From positions 155,245 through 219,244 of the forward strand of contig CAKTDA010000005.1 of NCBI GenBank assembly GCA_934541105.1: a stretch of 64,000 nucleotides of DNA, read 5' to 3'. This DNA comes from an uncultured Luteitalea sp. Lineage in GTDB: Bacteria; Acidobacteriota; Vicinamibacteria; Vicinamibacterales; Vicinamibacteraceae. Below the pieces are notes generated by a model. The model did no database searches. It was given only the letters and a program-made list of their open reading frames with translations, and was not told the origin of the DNA. Positions 10,992 through 18,305 of this stretch are shown here, piece after piece; positions within the stretch are counted from its first letter, which is position 1, and every line of letters starts with the position of its first letter. A program made the position numbers and the translations under genes.

Positions 10992-12485
10992 TCAGGCCGC
11001 GGACCGAAGGCTCGAGGGCGGCGCGGGATCGAGGCGCGTGACGACGGGCTCCACTGCCTTGCCGCCGTCGAGCAGGCTGGCGAGTCGATTGACGACGTGC
11101 TGCGACTGCGAGGCCTGTGCGCTCAGTTCCTCGCTCGATGCCGCACTCTCTTCGGCGGTTGCCGCCGTCGACTGCGTGGTCCGTTCCATCTGCGAGATGG
11201 CCTGCGCGACCTGGTCGATGCCCTGCGCCTGCTGCCGGCTTGCGACGTGGACCTGATCCACGAGTCGCTTGATGGCCGCGGCGTTGTCGGTGATCGCGCC
11301 CATGGCCTCGCTCACCGACGCGACGCGCGTCTGGCCCTCGGTGGACCGCCCGAGCGATTCCTCGATCAGCGCCGCGGTGTCCTTTGCCGCCTGCGCGCTG
11401 CGGTGGGCGAGGGCGCGGACCTCGTCGGCCACGACGGCAAAGCCCATGCCGGCCTCGCCGGCACGTGCCGCCTCGACCGAGGCGTTGAGCGCGAGGATGT
11501 TGGTCTGGAAGGCAATCTCGTCGATCGTGCGGATGATGCGCGCGACCTTGTCGCTCGACGTGCGGATGGCTTCCATCGAGGCCACCATCTCGCCGAGGGC
11601 GACGTTTGCCGTGCCCACCACGCGGGTGGCTTCCTCGGTGAGCCGCTCGGCCTCCGCGGTGTTGCTGGCGGTCTGGCGGGTCATCGATGCCATCTCCTCG
11701 ATCGATGCGGCCGTCTGCTCGAGGGCGGCTGCCTGCGTGGCCGCGTCGCGAGCGAGCGACTGCGCCGACTCGGCCACCGACGACGAGGCGCCGCTCACCT
11801 GCGTCGAGGCGTTCGTGAGTTCGTCCACGATCTGCCGGACGGGGCCCACGATGGAGCGCCGGATCGTCAGCAACACGACGAGTCCCGAGACGAGCAGCGT
11901 CGCCGCGAAGGCCGCGAGCGACACCCAGCGCTGGCGCACCGACGTCGCCACCGACACCGCCAGGTCGCCCTGGAGGTCGGCGGCAAGCGCGGTGCGTGCG
12001 CCACTGAGCTCGCCGGCGAGCTGCTCCATGGCACCCGCGACGTCGCGGGTGCGCTGCATCAGTTCCGGCGTCAGGTCGCCGCCGGCCGCGAGCATCGCGC
12101 CGTAGGCGGCATGTCCGTCGCGCGCGGTGCCGCGCACCTGCGCGTCGAGCTGCCGGAGCGTGGCCGCGCGCGCGGCGTCGAGGCCGGGCAGGCGCGCCGC
12201 CGACGACAATGCGTCAGCGGCGGCCGACCCTTCTGCGACGGCCGCGTCGAGCGTCGAGGCATCCTCGAGCATCACCGCGTCCTTGAAGGCCTTGGCCATG
12301 CGCTGGAACGCGGCGTCGGCTTCCTGTCCGCGCTGGGCCGCCGGGAAGAGCACCTCGCTGATGTGCACCAGGCGCCCTTCGGACGAACGGGCCTGGAACT
12401 GTCCCACCAGCATGGCGATCGACGCACCGCCGGCGAACACCGCGATGCTGAGCCAGATACGTGCCGTGATTCCAAGATGTCGCAT
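10992..12485 (-). CDS. methyl-accepting chemotaxis protein (4-helix-bundle-type sensor)
   Basis: ORF 10992..12485. Two TM segments flank a helical periplasmic region. Highly conserved MCP tip: IDEIAFQTNILALNASVEAARAGEAGMGFAVVADEVRALA. Confidence 0.9.
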   Translation of the reverse strand: MRHLGITARIWLSIAVFAGGASIAMLVGQFQARSSEGRLVHISEVLFPAAQRGQEADAAFQRMAKAFKDAVMLEDASTLDAAVAEGSAAADALSSAARLPGLDAARAATLRQLDAQVRGTARDGHAAYGAMLAAGGDLTPELMQRTRDVAGAMEQLAGELSGARTALAADLQGDLAVSVATSVRQRWVSLAAFAATLLVSGLVVLLTIRRSIVGPVRQIVDELTNASTQVSGASSSVAESAQSLARDAATQAAALEQTAASIEEMASMTRQTASNTAEAERLTEEATRVVGTANVALGEMVASMEAIRTSSDKVARIIRTIDEIAFQTNILALNASVEAARAGEAGMGFAVVADEVRALAHRSAQAAKDTAALIEESLGRSTEGQTRVASVSEAMGAITDNAAAIKRLVDQVHVASRQQAQGIDQVAQAISQMERTTQSTAATAEESAASSEELSAQASQSQHVVNRLASLLDGGKAVEPVVTRLDPAPPSSLRSAA

Positions 12486-12494
12486 GGCGTGGCC

Positions 12495-12905
12495 TCAGCG
12501 AACCTGGAGCTTCCTGACGCCCGCCGCGTCGGCGCCGGCCGTGACGTAGCCGATGGCGCCCTTCGTGGCGGCAACGTACTTGATCACCTCGGCATCGGAC
12601 GCGAACGACTTGGGCATCGAGGCCTTGCCGGTGAACACGAGGCTCTTGAGGTGGTTGCGCAGGCCCTGGTCGGTCTTGCCGACGTATGCCTTGAGGAACG
12701 GCTCGTGCGCCGCGGCGCTCGAGAGCACCGGCTCGACGGCCGCGCCGCCGACCGATGTCTTGGCGCCGAGGAAGATCTCCTTGACGTCGGCGGCCGTGAG
12801 CTCGGCGGGCACCGCGGGATTGGCGATGACCTGGACGTCGGCGGCAAGGGCCGGCGTGCTCCAGAGGGCGCCGAGGACGAGGAGCGTGCGTGCGATGGTC
12901 TTCAT
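12495..12905 (-). CDS. small periplasmic PBP-like (phosphate-binding-protein-like) domain protein
   Basis: Internal ATG (comp. 12903-12905) of ORF 12495..14198, GAGGAG upstream. MKTIARTLLVLGALWSTPALA signal. LTAADVKEIFLGAKT...FTGKASMPKSF...VAATKGAIGYV resembles single-lobe PstS-like proteins. Confidence 0.7.
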   Translation of the reverse strand: MKTIARTLLVLGALWSTPALAADVQVIANPAVPAELTAADVKEIFLGAKTSVGGAAVEPVLSSAAAHEPFLKAYVGKTDQGLRNHLKSLVFTGKASMPKSFASDAEVIKYVAATKGAIGYVTAGADAAGVRKLQVR

Positions 12906-12919
12906 GGTCGTCGCGCTCC

Positions 12920-14116
12920 TCAGAAGTTGATGCCCGTGCGGATCACCAGCATCTTCGTCTTGGGCTCGAGGCCCTCCACGTTGTTGCGGGAGTAGAAGCC
13001 CTGCGTGAACGTGCGGCTGCCGTTGCCGTCCACGAAGTGGCCCTCGACCTTCACGTGCCACCAGCGATTGAGGTCCACGCGTCCGCTGATGGCGGTGTCG
13101 TAGATGTGGTTGTCCACGTCGGCGCTGGGCAGCGACGTGTCCGACACGAGGCGCGAGTGATACGTGCCGAGCTCGACGCGGTCGTGCACGCGCACGGTGC
13201 CCGAAGCGAACCAGCTGCGGCCCTTCCGCACCGAGGCCGGCAACAGGGCGGGCGAGAACTCCTGCTTCTGCGTGCTCAGACGCATCTCCGACGAGAGGCG
13301 CACGCGTCCGCGCTGGAAGTCGCCATACACGGCCTGCCGGTTCCAGGTCGGGATGTCCACGTCCAGTGCGCCGAGGGCCGGAATGGCGATGCGCGTGTCG
13401 GACGAGGTGCGGAGCAGCGAATAGCCGGCGACGAGGCCGTCGATCGGCGTCGACCACCGTGCGTCGAAGCCCGCGCCACGCGTCGAGATGCCATCGTCGA
13501 AGCGCATGCCGCTGTCCTCGACGCCATAGCGGTACCCGCCGCGCGTGTCGTCCTGGATGGAGCCGGCATACACCGTGTAGTGAAGCGATCCGGCCTGCCT
13601 GGTCTTCAGCGTGCCGTAGACGTCGGCCCCGATGTGCGCGATGGTCACGCTGCGGAGATCGAGCGGATACACCCCCTGCGGCAACAGCGCCCAGGTGTGG
13701 AGGAACTCCATGTCCTGCGTGTCGTTGAACAGACCGAGCGGCGTCTTGACCTTGCCGCCGCGAATGCCGATGGCGTCGTTGAACTTGTAGTCCGCGAACG
13801 CCCAGTCGAGCTGCACCTGCCCGTTCCCGAGTTGCCCGATGTTGCGCGAGTAGATCTGGGCGCCGACGCGCACCTTCGATCCGAACTGCGTGGACAGGTT
13901 GACGGCACCGTCGGTCATGGCGGCGCTGCCGCTGGCGGTGTCCATCGTCAGGAAGTTGTTGCCGTCGGAGACGACGAATCCCTGCTGGATGGAGCCGTGG
14001 ACCTGGACTTCCTGGGCCCCCACGGTGAAGGACGACTGCGCGCTGGCCGTGGATGCCGCCAGGGCGAGCCCGAGGCCGGCGGCTGCCAGCCGGGAAACAC
14101 GTGATGAGGTACGCAT
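12920..14116 (-). CDS. outer-membrane beta-barrel porin-like protein
   Basis: ORF 12920..14116. Signal peptide ending ASTASAQS, alternating hydrophobic/polar strands rich in G/Y/D, C-terminal RTGINF with terminal Phe. Confidence 0.7.
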   Translation of the reverse strand: MRTSSRVSRLAAAGLGLALAASTASAQSSFTVGAQEVQVHGSIQQGFVVSDGNNFLTMDTASGSAAMTDGAVNLSTQFGSKVRVGAQIYSRNIGQLGNGQVQLDWAFADYKFNDAIGIRGGKVKTPLGLFNDTQDMEFLHTWALLPQGVYPLDLRSVTIAHIGADVYGTLKTRQAGSLHYTVYAGSIQDDTRGGYRYGVEDSGMRFDDGISTRGAGFDARWSTPIDGLVAGYSLLRTSSDTRIAIPALGALDVDIPTWNRQAVYGDFQRGRVRLSSEMRLSTQKQEFSPALLPASVRKGRSWFASGTVRVHDRVELGTYHSRLVSDTSLPSADVDNHIYDTAISGRVDLNRWWHVKVEGHFVDGNGSRTFTQGFYSRNNVEGLEPKTKMLVIRTGINF

Positions 14117-14283
14117 GGAAAGAACTGCTCCTGGCGGCGGGGGGAAGAAGCCCTCCGACGGAGGGAAGTAGATGGCCCGCCGTTAGCACGATCGGCATCG
14201 AGTGGCGAGGCTTTAGCGAAATCGGCGACCCCGGGAGCCGTGCCTAACGGAAGGCAGGTCGTCACATGTGGTGAAATGACGCC

Positions 14284-15627
14284 ATGTTCAGGACCAGTAC
14301 CCGTTGCTCGCGCCGCTCGTTCGTGCGGAGCGGTCTCGTCGCGGCCGGAGCCCTCGGTGCCGCACCGCTTGCCGGCGTGGTCCGTGCGGCCTCGCTGCAG
14401 GGCGCCAACAATCGCATCGGCGTGGGTGTCATCGGCGCGGGAATCCGAGGCGAGATCCTCATCCGCGCCACGCAGTCGATTCCGGACACCCGCATCGTCG
14501 GTGTCGCCGACGTCTACGACGGGCACTTCGCGCGCACGCGGGAGATCCTCGGGGCCGGCGTGGTGACCACGCGCGACTATCGGCAGCTGCTCGACGACCG
14601 GAACGTGGACGCCGTGCTCATCGTCACGCCCGACCACTGGCACAAGACGATGGCGCTCGACGCCATGGCGGCGGGCAAGGACGTGTTCATCGAGAAGCCG
14701 ATGACGCACGCCTGGGACGAGGGCGAGGCGATCATCGAGGCCGCGAAGGCCTCCAGGCGGATCGTCGAAGTCGGCAGCCAGTGGGCGAGCATGCCCGGCA
14801 ACCCGCGCGCGATAGAGATCCTGAAGAGTGGCCGGATCGGCACGGTCACGCAGATCGATGGCACGTCGAATCGCAACACGGCGACGGGCGCGTGGTACTA
14901 CCCGGTGCCGCCCGACGCATCGCCCGCGACGATCGACTGGCCGCGTTTCCTCGGCCCGGCGAAGTCGGTGCCCTTCGATGCCGAGCGCTTCTTCCGCTGG
15001 CGCCTGTACTGGGACTACTCGGGCGGGCTGCCCACCGACCTCTTCGTCCACCTCGTCACCGCCACGCACACGCTGACGGGCGTGACGATGCCCAAGCGGG
15101 TCACGGGTATCGGCGGTACCTTCCGGTGGAAGGACCGCGAAGTGCCAGACCAGATGGCGGCAATCGTCGAGTACGACGACTTCACGCTGAACCTCAGCGG
15201 GACGGCGAACAACGCACACCCGGCGCCGCCCCTGACGTTTCACGGGACCGAGGGCACGCTCGAGTACTACCCGAACCGGCTCGTCGTGTACGACGAGCCG
15301 ATGCTGGAGAACTACACGTACTCCACCAACCACTTCGACGCGACCCAGAAGGATGCTTTCGCCAGGCGCCATGGTCTCGACAGGGCCTCGATGCGGCCGA
15401 CGGCGGACGCCGGCCGCAAGGCGGCGCCCCCCGAGGAGATCAAGGTCGAGGGCGGCGATTCGACCGTGACGCACCTGGCCGCGTTCTTCGACGCGATGCG
15501 TACGCGCAAGGAGCCGTTCGAGAACGCGGTGATGGGACACCAGTGCGCGACGGTCGGCCACATGGTGAACATCAGCCACCGACAGGGCACACATGTGCGC
15601 TGGGACGGCCGGCAGGTGGTGACGTGA
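14284..15627 (+). CDS. Gfo/Idh/MocA-family oxidoreductase, Tat-exported
   Basis: ORF 14284..15627. CSRRSFVRSGLVAAGALG twin-arginine signal. Rossmann IGVGVIGAGIRG and EKP motif (VFIEKPM). Confidence 0.9.
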   Translation: MFRTSTRCSRRSFVRSGLVAAGALGAAPLAGVVRAASLQGANNRIGVGVIGAGIRGEILIRATQSIPDTRIVGVADVYDGHFARTREILGAGVVTTRDYRQLLDDRNVDAVLIVTPDHWHKTMALDAMAAGKDVFIEKPMTHAWDEGEAIIEAAKASRRIVEVGSQWASMPGNPRAIEILKSGRIGTVTQIDGTSNRNTATGAWYYPVPPDASPATIDWPRFLGPAKSVPFDAERFFRWRLYWDYSGGLPTDLFVHLVTATHTLTGVTMPKRVTGIGGTFRWKDREVPDQMAAIVEYDDFTLNLSGTANNAHPAPPLTFHGTEGTLEYYPNRLVVYDEPMLENYTYSTNHFDATQKDAFARRHGLDRASMRPTADAGRKAAPPEEIKVEGGDSTVTHLAAFFDAMRTRKEPFENAVMGHQCATVGHMVNISHRQGTHVRWDGRQVVT

Positions 15628-15704
15628 CGACGCGATGACGTGACGTCACGACGTGACGCGGACCCGCCGGACGCGTCCGGCGGCTACACCCGGGGGAGGT
15701 CGAG

Positions 15705-16352
15705 ATGCGAATGCTGACGATGGCGACGACGATGGTGGTGTGTACGGTGCTGGCCGCGACTGCGGGCGCGCAAACGGTGCCGGAGGTGAAGCTGCAGGTG
15801 TCGCCGGCGGGGCAGGCCGCCATCCAGGTTGGCGGCACGTGGACAAAGACCGAGCAGGGCGGCCAGCGTTACGAGGGTGGCAAGTGGGTGGTCGTGGACT
15901 ACAGCCGGCCGATCCTTCGCGGGCGTACGAACATCTTCGGGAGTGGCGCCGACTACGGCAAGGGTGTAAGTGCCGGCTCACCGGTCTGGCGAGCGGGCGC
16001 CAACGCGACGACGACGCTGACCACGCAGGTACCGCTGACGGTGGCGGGCAAGACGCTCCAACCCGGCGTCTACAACGTGCTCGTGGACCTGAAGGCGGGC
16101 GGCTGGGACCTCGTGCTCTCCAGCCAGGAGCGGCTCGAGACGTTCGACCCCAACGAGAAGGTGAAGTTGTACGGCTCGACGAACTACGACCCGAAGTTCG
16201 ACGTCGTGCGCGCGCCGATGCGGATGGACACCCTCGACGTCAGCGTCGAGCAGTTCACGATCCTGTTCATCAACGCCACCGAGCGCGGCATCACGATGCT
16301 GATGGCGTGGGAGCGGACGGCGGGCTTCGTCGAGTTCTCCCTGGCAAACTGA
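15705..16352 (+). CDS. DUF2911-like secreted protein
   Basis: ORF 15705..16352, GGGGGAGG RBS at 15692-15699, signal peptide. The VWRAGANATTTL and GVYNVLVDL segments resemble DUF2911 as I recall it. Confidence 0.7.
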   Translation: MRMLTMATTMVVCTVLAATAGAQTVPEVKLQVSPAGQAAIQVGGTWTKTEQGGQRYEGGKWVVVDYSRPILRGRTNIFGSGADYGKGVSAGSPVWRAGANATTTLTTQVPLTVAGKTLQPGVYNVLVDLKAGGWDLVLSSQERLETFDPNEKVKLYGSTNYDPKFDVVRAPMRMDTLDVSVEQFTILFINATERGITMLMAWERTAGFVEFSLAN

Positions 16353-16358
16353 TCGGCA

Positions 16359-17372
16359 TCAGGCCGACGTCGCCTCGACGTACAGGCTGTAGAGGGACTG
16401 GCTGCCGGTCATGAACAGCCGGTTCCCCTTCGCGCCGCCGAAGCACAGGTTGCTGCAGATCTCGGGCAGGTCGATCTGCCCGATCGCCGTGCCATCCGGC
16501 GCAATCACGCGGACGCCGTCGTAGCCGGCGCCGGCCCATCCGGCGCTGGCCCAGACGTTGCCATCGCGGTCGCAGCGGATGCCGTCCGCGCCGCCCTTGC
16601 CCATGTCGTGGAACAGCCGTCCCGTCCCGAGCTTCGTGCCGCCGATCACGTCGAACACGTGGATGCCGCGCGGACGATCGGGAGTGGGGTTCTCCGTGTC
16701 GGCCACGTACAGCTTCGTATGGTCGGGCGAGAAGCACAGGCCGTTCGGCCGCCGCAGGGACTCGGTCATCGGTGCTGCCTGACGCGTCGCCGGGTCCCAG
16801 CGATACACGCGCGTCGGCAGTGCCTGCGCTTCGCGTCGTCCTTCGTAGAGCGACAGGATGCCGTAACCCGGGTCGGTGAACCACAGCGAACCGTCAGGGT
16901 GCGCGACGACGTCGTTCGGCGAGTTGAGCGGCTGTCCGTCGACCGCGTCGACGAGCGTGGTGATGGTCCCGTCGATTCCGGTCCGCGTCACGCGGCGCCG
17001 TTCGCAGGTCACGAGCCGGCCCTGCAGGTCGCGCGTGTTGCCGTTGCAGTTGTTGGACGGGCTCCGGAAGACGCTGACCTCGCCGGTCTCCTCGGTCCAG
17101 CGCAGGATGCGGTCGTTCGGGATGTCGCTCCAGAGCAGGCAGCGCACGTCGCCGAACCAGACGGGTCCCTCTGCCCAGCGGCAACCCGTGTAGAGGCGCT
17201 CGACGGCGGCGTTGCCGACGCGATACCTGTCGAAGCGGGGATCGAGAGACCGCACCGCCGGATCGGGGTAGCGGACGATGGTGCCGTCCCGGCGGGCGGG
17301 TTGCGCGTCGGCGCGTGCGATGGTGGCGCCGGCGGCGGCGACGGGCAGTGCGAGGAAGTGGCGGCGATCCAT
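16359..17372 (-). CDS. SMP-30/gluconolactonase/LRE-family lactonase, Tat signal
   Basis: ORF 16359..17372. MDRRHFLALPVAAAG signal. EGPVW...LLWSDIPNDRI...NGNTRD...SPNDVV...PNGLCFSPD are six-blade propeller lactonase motifs. Confidence 0.88.
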   Translation of the reverse strand: MDRRHFLALPVAAAGATIARADAQPARRDGTIVRYPDPAVRSLDPRFDRYRVGNAAVERLYTGCRWAEGPVWFGDVRCLLWSDIPNDRILRWTEETGEVSVFRSPSNNCNGNTRDLQGRLVTCERRRVTRTGIDGTITTLVDAVDGQPLNSPNDVVAHPDGSLWFTDPGYGILSLYEGRREAQALPTRVYRWDPATRQAAPMTESLRRPNGLCFSPDHTKLYVADTENPTPDRPRGIHVFDVIGGTKLGTGRLFHDMGKGGADGIRCDRDGNVWASAGWAGAGYDGVRVIAPDGTAIGQIDLPEICSNLCFGGAKGNRLFMTGSQSLYSLYVEATSA

Positions 17373-17391
17373 GGAAGCCTCGTGGCAGGTG

Positions 17392-17715
17392 CTATGTCAG
17401 CGTGAACATCTCGCGTAAGTGGACCTGGACGGGTGAATGATCCTCGTGCGTCTCCATGATGTCGCGCATCATCGTCCACCACCTGCGCATCACGGGGTGA
17501 TCGCGAAGCGGCCCGAGCGCGTGATCCGTGCGGCGGGTGAGCACGGCAAACAGCGCCTGCGTCTCTTCGTCGAGGAAGATGCGGTAGTCCACGACGCCGG
17601 CCTCGCGCAGCAGGGCGGCGAGTTCGGGCCAGATGGCGTCGTGCCGGCGGCGGTACTCGTCGGCGTGCCCAGCCAGCAGTCGCATCCGGAAGGCGACGGT
17701 CTCGGTGGCGGGCAT
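17392..17715 (-). CDS. rhaM: L-rhamnose mutarotase
   Basis: Internal ATG (comp. 17713-17715) of ORF 17392..17763. AFRMRLLAGHADEYRRRHDAIWPELAALLREAG...RRWW...SPV parallels E. coli RhaM. The start overlaps the upstream stop (TGATG). Confidence 0.85.
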   Translation of the reverse strand: MPATETVAFRMRLLAGHADEYRRRHDAIWPELAALLREAGVVDYRIFLDEETQALFAVLTRRTDHALGPLRDHPVMRRWWTMMRDIMETHEDHSPVQVHLREMFTLT

Positions 17716-18125
17716 CACAGCATCGGCACGGCGCGCCGCGCGAGCTGCAGCGGCAGGCCCCACGGATCGCGCAGCATGACGAGGTGCGAGCCGTCCGCGC
17801 CATGCTGGTGCTCGACGAGCATCGCCCCCGCCGCGACGAGGCGTGCGGTGTCGGCGTCGGGATCGGCCGACGTGAACGCGACGTGCAGTTGCGCAGGGTG
17901 CAGGTCCCGGTACATGTCGGCCCGCGCCGACGCGTTGGTGTAGATCTCGATCATCACGCGCCGCGAGGCGTCCGCCAGGAAGTGCATGTGGACGGGCGGC
18001 TCCCCGCGCCGCACCACCTGCATGCCGAGGTGCTCGACATACCAGGCGGCGACGCCGACGGGATCGGTGACGTTGATCGCGAGGTGCTCGAAAGCAAGGC
18101 CTGCCATGCCGGCAGGTTGTACCAC
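17715..18125 (-). CDS. VOC (glyoxalase/bleomycin-resistance) family protein
   Basis: ORF 17715..18125. FEHLAINVTDPVGVAAWYVEHLGM...HVAF...LRDPWGLPLQL is a paired beta-alpha-beta-beta-beta motif pattern. Confidence 0.8.
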   Translation of the reverse strand: MVQPAGMAGLAFEHLAINVTDPVGVAAWYVEHLGMQVVRRGEPPVHMHFLADASRRVMIEIYTNASARADMYRDLHPAQLHVAFTSADPDADTARLVAAGAMLVEHQHGADGSHLVMLRDPWGLPLQLARRAVPML

Positions 18126-18157
18126 GGAGAGCCTGAACGCCGCTCCTCGGGCCGTCG

Positions 18158-18290
18158 GCCTTTGACCTTCGACCTTCGCCTTCGACCTTCGCCTTCGACC
18201 TTCGCCTTCGACCTTCGCCTTCGACCTTCGCCTTCGTCCTTCGTCCTTCGTCCTTTCCTTCTGACTTCCGACTTCTGACTTCCGACTTTC
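18158..18290. repeat. tandem short-unit repeat array (13-mer x5, 7-mers, 14-mer x2)
   Basis: ACCTTCGCCTTCG is repeated exactly five times (18172-18236). It is preceded by a partial unit and followed by TCCTTCG x2 (18237-18250) and CTTCTGACTTCCGA x2 (18258-18285). The reverse complement gives CGAAGG/CGAAGGT units. Confidence 0.95.
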
Positions 18291-18305
18291 ACATACGCTC
18301 TCCCC

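Noticed and set aside
7632-12995. Very long ORFs 7632..10892 (-, 1086 aa) and 10500..12995 (+, 831 aa)
   Set aside because: They are Arg/Ala/Pro/Gly-rich with no motifs. They are out of frame with or antisense to clearly recognisable genes (hybrid kinase, EamA, MCP). These are typical shadow ORFs of a high-GC genome with few stop codons.
16350-16361. Palindrome CTGATCGGCATCAG between DUF2911 and the lactonase as a regulatory element
   Set aside because: It is formed by the two convergent stop codons (TGA / complement TCA) plus 4 nt. The 5-bp stem is too weak to be meaningful.
18158-18290. Possibility that the tandem arrays are CRISPR arrays
   Set aside because: Units are 6-15 nt with no unique spacers between them, and no cas genes are in the window.
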